64,000 nt of DNA from Octopus sinensis. Lineage: Eukaryota. The notes beneath the pieces are model-generated. The model was not told where the DNA came from and did no database searches. It saw nothing but the letters and a program-made list of their open reading frames with translations. Made by a program: the position numbers and the translations under genes. The first letter of the stretch is position 1. Every line of letters starts with the position of its first letter. Below are positions 37,085 through 53,749 of this stretch, piece by piece. Location: positions 38,750,001 to 38,814,000 of the forward strand of contig NC_043013.1 in NCBI RefSeq assembly GCF_006345805.1, in the 5' to 3' direction.

Positions 37085-38800
37085 TAGCATTATGACCCGT
37101 CGTTGCCGGGTCATAGTGCTAGTGCATGTATATATGTGTATATATATGTGTACATATTACATCTACATCTATATATATACAACTACACATAAAATACAAA
37201 GTTATATCTTGATATCGCTAGTGATAACAATACTCAAAATATATAACAGACTGGAATTGTAGGCCCGTCTCTTGCAATTTCGATCAATTGTATCTTGTCC
37301 TCCCTCTTGTATAGAAGTGTGGCTACAATCCAGCCTACCTCTACTTCTGGAGGGGGGGGGCATTAAAAATTTTTTGCGGCACGTCCTACGTCCCAGATAT
37401 AAAGGTAAAAATAAAATATTTCCACTTTGCAAGGTTCGAGTCGAGTACTCCCTTGCACGCTCCGTTGACCTTGCTTCTATTGTGGCGAATTTACCACCTC
37501 TGGTTAGATATCTTTCATAGTCGCACCAAGACACTTTTCGATGGTGCTTTCCTCCAGGTGTTCAAATCTTATTTTTTCTCTACATTGTATACTTTATAGA
37601 CAATAGTCTTTTCTTTAATTTAATTTTTTACTTCGTTTGGTGGTGTTATCCTAGATTCACCGTCTTTGTCGGTGATCAATCCGAAATAGGTTTCTATTTC
37701 TTCCATTTTAATTTTAATGAGTTCGCGCCCGCCGACGGCTGCAACGAAATTCAGTTTTGAACTTTCTTCTATCGAAGGCATTTTAACAAAAATGCTTCTG
37801 TGTAAATGGTGAAAATATTGTCAATTTCCCCAAACAGGGACACAATTCAATTTTTAAACAATAACCAAAGCTCCTTCTCCCAAAGGGGGAGGGTTATAGT
37901 TTACAATTATTTAACAAATGCAACACAACAACGTTTCTCTTACGAGGAACCAACAAGCGCGATAACAATAGTTAAACAGTAATAATAATAACAAACCTTA
38001 CGGTGAATCAAAAAGCAGTACGCAGTTGAAGCTATAGTCCTTTATGTATAAGAAATAAACCAACAGCAGTACTCAGTAGAAGCGGCTGTTCGAGAAAACA
38101 GATATTACATACAGCCAAACTTCATATAGAATGCTAGCTAATTAGCAGATAATCTAATGTAAAAGTCGTGGTAAACGGTATATGCACACCTCTATCTGGA
38201 CTATTCCATTTCTGCACGCTAATTTTATTTTTAATTTATTCCCATTCATGTGAAACCACTTATTCAAGTTCAAGTCATTGATGCAATTTTATAGAAATTG
38301 CTATTTTTACTTTTGTTATGTTACGATTATATTATACTTTAGTTTGATTTTAATTATTACTTACTACAAATAATTCAATTGATATTATTATCTGTAATTT
38401 TTATTGTTAAAGTGAAAGTATTTGACATAAAATAGAGAAATGTTTTTGTTTCACTTTTAACACGTAATGCTGAAATAGTGGAGAAGATATGATATTGCTA
38501 TGGGCTCGCCCTAGGCAAGAATTTGAACATTTTTTTTTGCCCATAAAACTACATGGACCCTAAGTAAGACATGTGTAAAATTTGAATGAAATTGGTTGTG
38601 TAGTTCTCAAGTTTTAGGGAATCGTAGTGGAGAAGACATGATATTGCTGTGGGCTCGCCCTAGGCAAAAAGTTAAATTTTTTTTGCCGATGACATTCCCC
38701 GGACCCTAAGTAAGGCATGTATAACATTTGAATGAAATTGGTTGTGTAGTTCTCAAGTTTTAGGGAAACACACAGACAGACAGACAGACAGACACACATT

Positions 38801-38830
<30 letters not shown>
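37084..38830 (-). mobile_element. Non-autonomous Helitron-like element
   Basis: Minus-strand 5' end (TA)n-aaactgagaatgtgtgtctgtctgtctg. Internal ~150-bp tandem pair (38480-38765). 3' GC hairpin gacccg-gcaacga-cgggtc followed by CTAG|T. Confidence 0.75.
37235..37781 (-). pseudogene. Degenerate LINE ORF1 fragment inside the Helitron-like element
   Basis: KTIVYKVYN...YLTRGGKFATIEAR...AREYSTRTLQSGNILFLPLYLGRR...VGWIVATLLY aligns with KTITYKIFD...YVTKGKHFGTVEVR...AREHSISHLQTETLLLIPTHLGRR...MSWLVAAVLY of the element at 62230+. Confidence 0.8.
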
Positions 38831-38842
<12 letters not shown>

Positions 38843-40434
38843 GACGGCCTTTTTTTTTTCAGTTTCGTTCCGCCAAATCCATTCATAAAGTGTTAGTCGG
38901 CCCGCGGTTATAGCAGAAGACACCTGCCCGAGGTGCCACACAGTGGAATTGAACCCGGAATCATATGGTTGGAAAGCAAACTGCAGTGTATGTTTGTTTA
39001 TCTTTTACTTATTCATTTATGCATTTAGTTGAAAGAGCAATGTCTATGATTCTTTTTAGGGTCTCCGACACTTGTAGGAAACAGGGGGTGAGGGTGATGG
39101 CTTTCAAGCAGGTGGCCTGGTCTGCGTACTTGTAACAGAGAGGACTCCACTAATGTCACCTAAGGTCAAGGCGTCCAGTTAAGTCTTCAAAAGGTTTCGA
39201 ACTCATAATGCAAAGAACCGGAACAAATACCTATTTCTTTACTACCCACAAGGGGCTAAACACAGAGAGGACAAACAAGGACAGACAAACGGATCAAGCC
39301 GATTACATCTACCCCAGTGTGCAACTGGTACTTAAATTATCGACCCCGAAAAGATGAAAGGCAAAGTCGACCTCAGCGGAATTTGAACTCAGAACGTAAC
39401 GGCAGACGAAATACGGCTACGCATTTCGCCCGGCGTATTAACGTTTCTTCCAGCTCGCTGGAACAAATACCGCGAGGAAGAATGAAAAGTTAAATTGACT
39501 TTCATGGGATTTGAACTCAGAACATAGAGGAGCTGGGTTAAATACCGCAAAGATTTCATCTAACGCTTTAACGCCTCTGCCAAACTGCCGTCCGTTGTTG
39601 TTGTCGTTGTTGTTGTTGTCGTTGTTGTTGCTGCTATTGTTTAATCCCAGGTCAGCTCCGATCGAGAAGACCTATGAAAGAAAATATCCAGCGGTGACTA
39701 TTCCGTCTTTTTCCTATGTGCATTGGGCCCATAGTTACACAATCAAACGTATCCGTCTGAATCGGTGATGAAATGGCAGACAAATTGTCTTGCAGTATTT
39801 CGTTGCCATACCTCAATGGTCTGAATTCAAATCCTTCTGATTTTCACTTCACCTTTCCACTTCCCGGGGTTGGATATAGTAAAATACCCGATATTCCTGT
39901 TTAACTCCTAGTTCAACATTGATCAAGCACCCTGTAGCCCAAACCCATTCTGGATGTGACCATTCCCGCGATTTTTTTTTCTCATGAATAGAAGGTAGAC
40001 ACAGGCGTGGCTGTAGGGTCAAGAAGCTGTCGCTTTACAACAACGATGTTTCCCCGTTCAGTCACACTGCGCGGCACCTTGGGTGAGTGTCTTTTACAAT
40101 ATTTTGGGGCTGACTGATTTTGGTAGACGAAAACTGTGGAAGCGCTTGGATGTAGATAGAATTATAATTGGGTATTAAGGCGAAGTGTGAAAGGAAAACA
40201 AAAAACATCAGCACTTGTTGCTAGATCGCATTTGAATCGTCCTTGAAAAAACTGAAAACAAAATAGACATAGGCGCAGGAGTGGCTGTGTGGTAAGTAGC
40301 TTGCTAACCAACCACATGGTTCTGGGTTCAATCCCACTGCGTGGCATCTTGGGCAAGTGTCTTCTGCTATAGCCCCGGGCCGACCAATGCCTTGTGGGTG
40401 GATTTGGTAGACGGAAACTGAAAGAAGCCTGTCG

Positions 40435-40472
<38 letters not shown>

Positions 40473-43400
40473 ATATATATGTGTGAGTGTTTGTGTGTCT
40501 GTGTTTGTCCCCTAGCATTGCTTGACAACCGATGCTGGTGTGTGTTTACGTCCCCGTCACTTAGCGGTTCGGCAAAAGAGACCGATATAATAAGTACTGG
40601 GCTTACAAAAAATAAGTCTCGGGGTCGATTTGCTCGACTAAAGGCGGTGCTCCAGCATGGCCGCAGTCAAATGACTGAAACAAGTAAAAGAGAAAGAAAG
40701 AAAGAGAATCGGCGTTATAGAAACTTGGAATCAAAAGGAACGTAATTAAATAATTTAAGATAAGACATTTTGTTTAGCTTAAATAAGTTATAGCCAATCA
40801 ACAGCAAGAGAGAACTGTGAGTGAGTGGGTAAATGATTAATGTGGAATATGGTTGGTGGGTGGAGGCGCGTGGCTTTGTGGTTAAGGTGTCAGCATCATG
40901 ATCTTAAGATTGTGGTTTCGATTCCTGGACCGAGCGACGCGTTTTGTTCTTAAGCAAAACACTTCATTTCACGTTGCTCCAGTCCACTCAGCTGGCAAAA
41001 ATGAGTAACGCTGCGATGGACTGGCATCCCATCCAGCTGGGGAACACATACACCATTGAAACCGGGAAACCGGGCCCATGATCCTGGCTAGGCTTTAAGA
41101 GGGCGCATTTATTTATTTATAATGGTTGGCGAACTATTGAAGGACACAATTTGGATGATAAGAGTAGGCAAGACGTGTGAATCAGATGGGCCTGAGTAAA
41201 AGCTGGACGAAATAAGCTAGATCTGAAGGGCAGAGGACGCTGTAGTTGCAGTACTAGTGGCAAGTGAGGTGACAGTGTATTTGTGATCTAGAGGTGTGGG
41301 GATGTGTTTTGGAGTAAATTTAAGCCAATCCACATACATAGACACAGGTGTGGCGCTGTGGTAAGAAACTTGCTTCCCAACTGCATGGCTTTGGGTTCAG
41401 TCCCACTGTATGGCATCTTAGGCAAGTGTTTTCTGTAGCCTCAGGCCAACCAACGCCTTGTGAGTGGATTTGATAGATGGAAAACTGAAAGAATCCTGTC
41501 GTATGTGTGTGTGTGTGTACGTGCGCGCGTGTTTTGTGTGTGTGTGTGTGCGCGTGTGTTCCGTGTGCGTGTGTGTGTGTGTGCATGTCTTTGTGTCAGT
41601 GTTCGTCCTCCGCTCCCGTCATCGCTTGACAACCGGTGCTGGTCTGTAGGCTTTGAAAAAATAAGTCTTGAGATTGATTTGTTTGACTAAAAACACATCA
41701 AGGCGGTGATCCAGCATGGCCACAGTCAAATGACTGAAACAAATGATACAATAAAAGAACACACATCAGTTGTGTGACCTAGAGTCCGCGCTGCCTAGGG
41801 CAGCCCTTAATTTTCTCGCCCCTATACAGACTTATACAGCAGATCCAAAAGTACCAAACTCCTAAAAGGGAAGCCCAAAACGGACAACCCACCCGTCTGC
41901 CAGCTACGTTACTAATAACTCCCATGCTTACACACACAAACAGATTCTTCCTTTTATGTGTATGTATTTATGTAGTGGAGGCGCAATGGCCCAGTGGTTA
42001 GGGCAGCGGACTCGCGGTCGTAGGATCGCGGTTTCGATTCCCAGACCGGGCGTTGTGAGTGTTTATTGAGCGAAAACACTTAAAAGATCCACGAGGCTCC
42101 GGCAGGGGGTGGTGATCCCTGCTGTACTCTTTCTCCCACTCTTTCTTCTGTTGGTCTGCTCGCTTAGCCAGCGGGGTGGTGTCATTCGAAGGCTTAAACA
42201 ATGCGAACGCATTGTGACCAGCGATGTGTAACAACATCTGATGGTCTGGTCGGTCACGTGATCACGTGATATGAATATATATATATATTTATGTATATGT
42301 ATATTTATGTGCTTGACGAGCCCAGTTTATTTAACGTTCATCAAACTGATTAATTAATTAAAAGAATATTCACTTTACGTCGATGAGGCTTGCTTATCAT
42401 CCCTCAAGAGATCGACTTCAAAAGGTACCAAATAAAATACTGAAGTTGATATAATCAACAAAGTATTAAGCCTAATTAAGGAATAAAAGAATAAATTTAA
42501 TAGAATTATATTAAATATATTCATTTTTTAACCATCTACGAATATGCTATTGGAGACAATCATGTTGGAAATATGGTAGAGAACTATCCAAGGGAAATAA
42601 CTCTTGTCATAAACGTATTTATTAATTCCCTTCACAACGTGTGAATTTTTTTTTTTTTTTTCTATCTCCTCTGTGTTGCTGGGATGTTTTCTTAAAAATT
42701 AAATGGGGTGCATTGGTAGAAGTGTTCCGTCACTGGACAAAATGAGTTCCGATATATAAACCATGATGGGTATAACATTTATTGCTTCACATCCTGAGAT
42801 TAGAATCTAATAGTTTATCCATAAGAAAAGTGAGTCGAAGGGGAAAAGAATAGGAGTTCATTTAGCAGTAATAAAAAAAATTGCATTTATTTCAACTACA
42901 ATATATAGTTGTAATTGGGAAAGTCATAATCTCCACAAGATCTCGTTTAACGCTAACACACACACACATAATGATATACGTATACACACACGCATGTATG
43001 TATGTATGTATGTATGTATGTATGTATGTATGTATGTATGTATGTATGTATGTATGTATGTATGTGTGAAGGCGTACGTGGTTAGAGCGTCGAGCTTACA
43101 ATCGTGAGGTTGTGAGTTCGAATCCCGGACCGGGCTGCATGTTGTGTTCTTGAGCAAGACACTTTATTTCACGTTGCTCCAGTTCACTCACCTGTAGAAA
43201 TGAGTTGCGACGTCACAGGTGCCAAGCTGTATCGGCCTTTGCCTTTCCCTTGGATAACATCAGTGGCGTGGAGAGAGGAGGCTGGTATGCATGGACAATT
43301 GCTGGCCTTCCATAAACAACCTTGCCTGGACTTATGCCTCAGAGGGGAACTTTCTAGGGCAATCCCACGGTCAGCCATGACCGAAGGGAGTCTAAAAAAA

Positions 43401-44954
43401 ATGTGTGTATGTGTGCAGATTCGTATGTTTTCTTTTATGTATGTATTCTCATGCTTATAGTTGCATGTCTTGACATGCTCATATATATTTAAACGATAAA
43501 CTTCTGGAAGGTTTTACAGATTTTTATATTTCAAATACAAGGGGCATTTTCCTTGTTCCTGCCGCGAAATCACAGGAATAAACAAAAGAAGACGTAAAGA
43601 AGGAATTTAAATACTATGCAAATATCCTTTTAAAAAACTTTTCATTTAATTTTTCCAAAATTTAATTGTTTTCCACACTTTGAAAAAGTCTCAATGACTG
43701 AAACCGGTACTAAAATGTTTTTTATGATAAAATTATTTTAGCATTTTCTACCTTGACTTTTTTTTTCCTTATACATATCAACTTGTGTGTTCCTTTTCAA
43801 CCTTCTACATATTTATGCTCTAGGCAGATGGCCTGAAATTTTTTTTTTGGGGGGGGGGCAGTCGATTAGATCGACCTCAGTATGCATCTGGTACTTAATT
43901 TATCGACCTCGAAAGGATGAAAGGCGAAGTCAACCTCGGCGGAATTTGAACTTAATGTAGACAGATGAAATACCGCTTTAACATTTCGCCCGGCGTGCTA
44001 ACGTTTCTGCCAGCTCGCCGCCTTTGAAACTAAATTATATTCATTTCTACTCCAGGCACAGGGCCCGAAATTTTGCGGGAGGGGGCCAGTCGATTATATC
44101 GACCCCAGTACGCAACTGGTACTCAATTTATCGACCCCGAAAGGATGAAAGGCGAAGTCGACCTCGGCGGAATTTGAACTCAGAACGTAAAGACAGACGA
44201 AATACCGCTAAGCTATTCGTCCGTCGTGCTAAGACTATATATTACTATATTTCATTCAACGCTGCTTAGTTGCCTTTGATTAAATTTATTCCAGTTTGAT
44301 ATTGTGCCGTGTATGTTTAGAAATTGATATTAAGGTGATTGTGTTGCTTCTTCTCTTTTGATTTATTGTGCTTCTTTTTTTTTTTTTCTCATACCGAGAA
44401 AGTCCGTAGGAACGTAATCTCACTTGATATGAAAATCAATAGGAAAATTAATTTCGCGTTACAGAATTGCGCGTTACGGCCAGCGTTGCAAGGACGCATT
44501 GCTTCTGTAAAGCGAGGGATTCCTGTATTTAAACTTTTTCTCTGAAGAAGGAGCTGATTTCTAACAAAGACACACAGTTACAACGTTGGAATGTACATAG
44601 CAAAAACAATGTCACATTTTAACTTGAGAAATGTGTTGCATATTTTTACTGTTCCACTTACCGTATGTATTTGTCATTTGCGAGTTAGCTGTTTGATTTT
44701 TTCTGCTAAAGACCCTTGCTTTTCCAGATTGTCACTTAAGCATTTATTCGCAAACTCAAGTGCTAAATGTGAATTTGTTTGTTCCTTCTCGAGCCACGCC
44801 TGACTCATAAGGGCCGGTTTCCCCGTTTCCTAAACACACACATCGCCAGGTCTGAGATTCGAACCCGCGATTCCTCGATCGCGAGTCCGCTGCTCTAACC
44901 ACTAGGCAAAATTTATAATCTGAATATAGAAACCGGGGGGTTCGATGCAGTTAA

Positions 44955-45235
44955 AAATAATTGTATACAGTGCTCAGGTGCACCACAACTTGTCAAAAGT
45001 TCATATAAAGTATATGCAGTAATGTACAAATGTCTGGAAAGCGAACAGTGTATGAGTCAGATACATGCTTGCGTGTGTATGGAGGGGAGAAAATCAGGTG
45101 TAGTGTTGGCGAATCTCAGGAAGCATGGAAGTTTTGAAGGATGCAGTGCTCCGACAACTAACAACTGATGCCGGCAGTTTGTTCCATGCTTCAGCAACTC
45201 TTAGTGTGAAAAAATGTTTCCGAAAGTCATGGGAG
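44955..45235 (-). mobile_element. CR1-like LINE 3' end fragment
   Basis: Minus strand HDFRKHFFTLRVAEAWNKLPASVVSCRSTASFK, the usual CR1 RT C-terminal motif. Confidence 0.75.
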
Positions 45236-45239
45236 CAGT

Positions 45240-47120
<1,881 letters not shown>

Positions 47121-47295
47121 GCGAAATTTAGGCGTAGGAGTGGCTGCCGGGTAAGTAGCTTGCTTACCAACCACATGGTTCCGGGTTCAGTCTCATTGCG
47201 GGGCACCTTGGGCAAGTGTCTTCTACCATAGCCTCGGGTCGAACAAAGCCCTGTGAGCGGATTTGGTAGACGGAAACTGAAAGAAGCTCGTCGTA

Positions 47296-47335
<40 letters not shown>

Positions 47336-47358
47336 GTGTGTGTGTGTGTGTGTGTGTG

Positions 47359-47394
<36 letters not shown>

Positions 47395-49544
47395 GTGTCT
47401 GTGTTTGTCCCCCCAACATCGCTTGACAACCGACGCTGGTGTGTTTGCGTTTCCGTAACTTAGCGGTTCGGCAAAAGAGACCGATAGAATAAGTCCTGGG
47501 GTCGGTTTGCTCTACTAAAGGCAGTGCTCCAGCATGGCCACAGTCAAATGACTGAAACAAGTAAAAGAGTAAACAGAACATAACAGTCTTAGCAGTTACG
47601 TCACCTTTAGATACAGCCTAGGTTATCTCCCTTTCACCCTCGTTATTGTGTAACTTGGATCTTTCATGGAGTTCGTTTATAAAACTCGGACATCATCATC
47701 CCAAATCGATTTCACTTGGTCTGTGATACAAACGACTGACACAGTGCTATAAAATTATTCCTTCTGTGCTATGACATTCTCTTCAGATATAGACATTTTC
47801 TTATTTTAAGGCTGTAAACTGGCAGAGTCGTTAGCGCGTCGGACAAATTGCTTAGCAGCAGTACTAAGTTTCTTGAATGTTCCGTGTTCAAATTCCACCT
47901 TTCATTCTTTCGAGGTCGATAAACTGAAACTGCTCGTCAATCGATGTGTCCCCATGGATCCTTTATTAATATTAGTCATCATCATCATTTAACGTCCGTT
48001 TTCCATGCTGGCATGGGTTAGACGGTTTAACTGAAAACTGATAAGCCAAGGTGCTTCACCAGATTCTGATCTGATATGACAAGGTTTATACAGCTGGATG
48101 CCCTTCCTAATGCCAACCACTTCGAGAGTGTAGTGGGTGTTTTTTATGTGCTACCGGCACAGGTGCCATCAACACGACACCACCATTGGCCACGACTACG
48201 GTCTCACTTGGTTTGACAGGTGTCTGCACAAGCAAGTCAAGTGAGACCGCAGTTGTGGTCGATGTCGGTGTCAGGTCAATGGTACTGTGCTGGTGGTATG
48301 TAAAATAAACACCCACTACACTCCCGAAGGCGGCGAACTGACAGAACCATTAGCATGCTGGGCGAAATGCTTAGTGGTCTGCTGCTATGTTCTGAGTTCA
48401 AATTTCGCCGAGGTCAACGTTGCCTTTCATCCTTTTGGGGTTGATTAAATAAGTACCAGTTACACACTGGGGTCGATATAATCGACTTAATCCGTTTGTC
48501 TGTTCTTGTTTGTCCCCTCTGTGTGTAGCCCCTTGTGGGCAGTAAAGAAATGAGAAACATTAGCATGCCGGGCGAAATGCACTACCCTTGTAGGTAGTAA
48601 AGGAATAGGTATTTCGCCTGTCTTTACATTCAGAGTTCAAATTCATATTGCTCCACTTCACTCGGCCATAGAAATGAGTTACAACATCAATGGTGCCAAG
48701 CTGTGTCAGCCTTTGCTTTTCTCTTGGATAACATCCGTGGTGTTGTGAGGGGAGGCTGGTATGCATGGATGACTGCTGGTCTTCCATAAACAACCTTGCC
48801 TGGACTAGTGCCTCGCAGGATAACTTTCTAGGAGCAATGCCATAGTCATTCATGACTGAAGGGGATCTTTACCCTTTAAACCTGGAATTAATCATCTGCT
48901 GCAGTGGTTCCCAACCAGGGTATATATAAGATTGGTGGGGTCTATGTAACAAAATAATAAATTGGGGACCCACAACAGTATATTAAGGCCCCTGAAAAAA
49001 TTTGATTTAGATGTATGCATTGGTATGTATTGCAAGAAAGGGCTAGGTTTCTTTCTCTGACACTTTACATAGATCAACCTATGCTAGTTAATGTGTGGAA
49101 AACAAAATAGGAATTTTGAAAAAGAAGCTTCTAGTTTTAACCTTTGTTCCAACCTGGCTGAAACCGGCTCTGGCTCTGTAGTACAAATGTCTCGTTTTCA
49201 TAAGTTTTGAATAAAAATCTTTCACCAAAGCTTAGTCTCAATTTATGTTCCTAACACTAGCTTATTGATAACTAAGTTATTTTACTAAACTCTTTGTTAT
49301 ATTTAAAATAATTGAAAGAAACAAAGAGCATCTCAAAATAAATACAGTAACAAAAGGGTTAAACATCGAATGACTGTGGGGGTCCACAAGAATAAAATAG
49401 TAATCAAGGGGGTCCATAGATAAAAAAAAAAATTGGTTGAGAACCCCTGATCAAGTGAATAAAAAATTAACCCCCTCTCCACAATATCTGCTCTTATGCC
49501 TATGTTTGGAGCAATTATTATTGTTTTTGTTTCTTGTTTCCCAG

Positions 49545-49660
49545 TCCATTTACTTCAAAATTCGTCCAAGACCGGTTAGCACATGTTGAAAAAAATTTTG
49601 GTGACCTCTGTGTGTCTTTTAATTCTTATACTAGAAAAACTGCAAGAATCCGGGACAAAG
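49545..49660 (+). CDS. FAM92: FAM92-like copy B exon 2 (expression status unknown)
   Basis: tttcccag acceptor, gtaagt donor. Exon sequence identical to copy A exon 2. Confidence 0.85.
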
Positions 49661-51083
49661 GTAAGTTGCCCAGTCATACTTGCTTACAAGTGAAGGATAT
49701 GCTTTGTATCTTTGGGTGATTTCATGATGTTCACCCATTATATAATATTCTTCTGGAATTATTTTGGCATCTTCTTGTTTTTTTTTTTCTGTTACATTTA
49801 CTTAATGCTTCTGCATTGAATGTCACAATGAGAATTCTTTTTAAAATTGCACTTACACTCATATAATACATTGAAACAATTGTGTTTAGTTTATGTTATA
49901 TCATCATCATCATTGTTTAACGTCCGTTTTCCATGCCAGCATGGGTTGGATGATGTGACTGAGGTCTGCGCACCAGATGGCTGCACCTGACTCCAATTTG
50001 ATCTGGCAGAGTTTCTACAGCTGAATGCCCTTCATAACGCAACCACTCTGAGGAGTGTAGTGGGTGCTTTTACGGGCCACCGGCATGAGGGTCAGGCAGA
50101 GGCGGTACTGGCAATGGCCATGCTCAAAGGGTGCTTTTTATATGCCACATGCACCGGAGCCAGTCCAGCAGCACTGGCAATGACTCGCTCAATATATTAT
50201 ATTATAGATAATATATATATATATATATATATATTACATATATATTATATGCTGTATATAGGTGTATATATATATGCTGTTATATATATAATATATATAT
50301 ATATTATATATGTTATGTGTGTTACTGGCAATGGCTATGCTCAAATGGTGCTTTTTATGTGCCACCTGCACAGGAGCCAGTCCAGCGGCACTGGCAATGA
50401 CCTCACTCATATATATATGATGATGATGATATAATATATATATATATAATATATATATATATATATTATATATATATATTTTATATATTATGTGTTTATA
50501 TATGTGTATATATATGCGTGTGTATATATATATATGTGTGTATATCTATGTGTGTGTATTTGTACAGAGTTGGTCAAAAGTCACCTGACAGTAAATCAAA
50601 ACCATTTAATTCCAAGATTTATTTATGTTTAACAACTGAATGAATTTAATAAAAGCATCTAAATGTGAAACATCATGAATATTGTCCAAACTGAAGTCCT
50701 TCCTGAGCGACTCATTTTCCCATTCAAGTCAATACAGAATTCCAGAGAGTATTTATGGACATTTGATTTACTGTCGGTTGACTTTTGGCCAACCCTGTAT
50801 ATGTGATTATGAACATGATTCGTGACAGGCATATGCATTTGTGAATGTTTATTCCTACATGTCTTCACACTGGCATTTTTGGGATGAGATGATGATGATG
50901 ATGACATATATATAGGTGCAGACGTGATTGTGTGGCAAGTAGCTTACTTACCAGCCACATGGTTCCGGATTCAGTCCCTCTGTGTGACACCTTGGGCAAG
51001 TGTCTTCTAATTCTAACATAGCTTCAGGCAGACCAAATCCTTGTGAGTGGATTTGGTAGATGGAAACTGAAAGAAGCCTGTGG

Positions 51084-51116
<33 letters not shown>

Positions 51117-51121
51117 ATGTA

Positions 51122-52508
51122 TTGGGTCATCCCATAAATGATGCAGTTTTTTCAATTTTACGAACTTAAAGTCAGAGGGGGATGGGATAAACTACTTGAT
51201 CAACTTGCTATAAAAGCAGGTAGTAATTTTACTTTGTCCTTATTCTCAGTGCAAGTTTTGAAGAGTGCAGTTTGATTTTAACAGTTATTTTTTCAAAGCT
51301 ATAATGGAATTGACAAAATAGCATATTCGGCATATTTTATTTTATGAGTTCAATTAAGGCAACAAGGCAATGGAATGTGCGAGGAATATTAATGCAGTAT
51401 ATGGGGATCGGACAATAAGTGTAAGCAAGTGTCAACCGTGGTTCCAGAAATTCTGAGCTGGAACTACAGCCTAGAAGACGAGCCTCGTCCTGGAAGATCT
51501 GTATAGCTTGACGAGGACATCCTGCAAAACCTGGTGGGACAAAATCCTATGGTAACTGTTGAGGAACTAGGAGAGACGCTTGGATTTGATCATTCGACCG
51601 TTCATCGACACCTGTGTGCTATCGGAAAAGTCAGCAAATTGGGTCAATGTGTTCCTCACAAACATGTCCAGTCTAATCGCACGTAGTGATTGAATGTGTG
51701 TTCTTCTTTGCTCTCACGTCTCACGAATGAATCTCTTCTGGGCCGAATAGTGATTGTCAAGTGCCGAAGATAGTGGGTAGGGAAAGGAGAAACACTGGTA
51801 CCTCAGGCTAAAGAAGGTCTTCACCCACGTAAGGTGTTGTTATCTGTTTGGTAGGATTTGAAAGGTTTGGTAGGATTTGAAAGGATTTGAAAGGTTTTAA
51901 ATCTTCAAGCCTACTAGATAGATGGAAGAGCATTGTAGAAAATGAAGGAGAGCATATTTTAGATTAAAAAAGAACTTTATTTTAATTTTGGAAAATAAAA
52001 ATATGAAAAACCATATTATTTATGGGATGACCCAAAACAAGCGATAACAAAGGACACATACTGTGAGCAGCTTGAGCGGCTTAAGACAGCACTAGAAGAA
52101 AAACGACCGTCTTTAGTTTCAAGACGAAAGGTGTTCTTCCATGAGGATAATGCTCAGCCACATACAGTGAGGATGACATTCCAAAGGCTGGAGGAGTTTG
52201 AATGGGAACCGATGCCCCACTGAACATATTTTGCTGGACATTGTCCCATTTGATTATCACTTATTCTGCAATCTTCAAAATAATTTAGAGGGAAAAATAT
52301 AAATTCTAGATGAGATCAGAACAGTACTGAAGGAGTATTTTTTGTTGCAGAAAAGTGAATTTTGGAAGAGGGGCCTTACAAGTGTACCAGATAGATGGAG
52401 GAGCATTGTAGAAAATGAAGGAGAGCATATTTTAGATTAAAAAAGAACTTAATCTTAATTTTGAAAAATAAAAGTATGAAAAACCATATTATTTATGGGA
52501 TGACCCAA
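51122..52508 (+). mobile_element. Dead, rearranged mariner (DD34D-type), arm B copy
   Basis: Translates with stops to MELTK*HIRHILFYEF...LEDEPRPGR...CVPH and FHEDNAQPH...DYHLF. Internal extra 3' terminus at ~51911-52035. Confidence 0.9.
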
Positions 52509-53050
52509 TATATATTTATGTGTGTGTTTTTGTGTGTCCTACATTACCACTTGACAACCAGTATTGGTGTGTTTACATCCTTATAACTTAGCGGTTCAAC
52601 AAAAGATACTGATAAAATAAGTACTAAGCTTAAAAAAAAAGTTCAGTTGGGCGATTTGTTCGACTAAAACTCCTCAAGGCTGTGCTCTGGCTAAAGAATA
52701 AAAAGTTTTGAATGGTAAAACAATGCACTATAATACAAACAATGGACTAATACATCTTATAGAAAGTAAATATAAGATAAAACATATAACAATGATTAAT
52801 TGTCTTATATTTAATCTTTCTATAAGATGTCATTTTTCTAGATGGTATAATTTAATTTTTCATTGTTGAATTAATAAAAGGTGGGTTTTTTTCTAATTTA
52901 TATATATATATTATCATCATCATCATCATTTAACGTCCGTTTTCCGTGCTAGCATGAGTTGGTTGGAGGAGCACGGGTTGATTTGTTGAAATTTGATTTA
53001 GTATTTCTAAATTGAATTTTTCCATGTAAGTTTGGTATAATATTCCCTCA

Positions 53051-53135
<85 letters not shown>

Positions 53136-53278
53136 TGCACATGCTGTGCTTCCCCAAATTGAAGTATATATATATATATCCAGTCCAATGACCGAGACTC
53201 TAAAAATGGGAGTAATTGTGGAAAGTTAAATTATATGTGGCTTTCAAATTCCCAAAAATGGCTGTTTACTTTTGAAAG

Positions 53279-53403
53279 GTGATGAAATATCGCAGCTGAT
53301 TGTCAAATACGTAGACAAAGAAACCTTGAACCCCTCTTCCAAGAAATGTCTCACGACTTTTGCCGAGAATTTGTCCACAATTCAAGATTATCGGCAGGCT
53401 GAG
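53279..53403 (+). CDS. FAM92: FAM92-like copy B exon 3 (expression status unknown)
   Basis: Identical to copy A exon 3; splice sites intact. Confidence 0.85.
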
Positions 53404-53654
53404 GTAAGATGCATTTTTGATTTGTTTGTGGAAACATAATTTCCGTTATTGAAGATGTTGTAGTTGTTGTTGTTGTTGTTATTTTGTGTCCAGCTATCTT
53501 CCTAGAAGGTTTATGGTCAAAGATGTTCCAGTTTTGTCTTTTCATACTCCATCTGGTACTATAATAGCCAATGTCTCCTCCTTCTCTTGAAATGGTTGGG
53601 TAGGATTTAACCCTTTAACATTCAGATTTCTGTCTTAAATGCAATGCTTATTTA

Positions 53655-53689
<35 letters not shown>

Positions 53690-53749
53690 TTAATGTTCAT
53701 CTTCCATGTTGGACAGTTTAACAAGAACAGACAAACTAGAGGACTGCAC

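Noticed and set aside
41985-42070. tRNA-like sequence with A and B boxes (also 14385, 36790, 40865, 43070)
   Set aside because: Heads of tRNA-derived SINEs that run into SINE core sequence; no acceptor stem.
42640-42840. Candidate plus-strand first exon for copy B (gtgagt donor at ~42830)
   Set aside because: Upstream ATGs hit stops and there is no similarity to exon 1; the CpG-richer patch at 44460-44600 gave no usable exon either.
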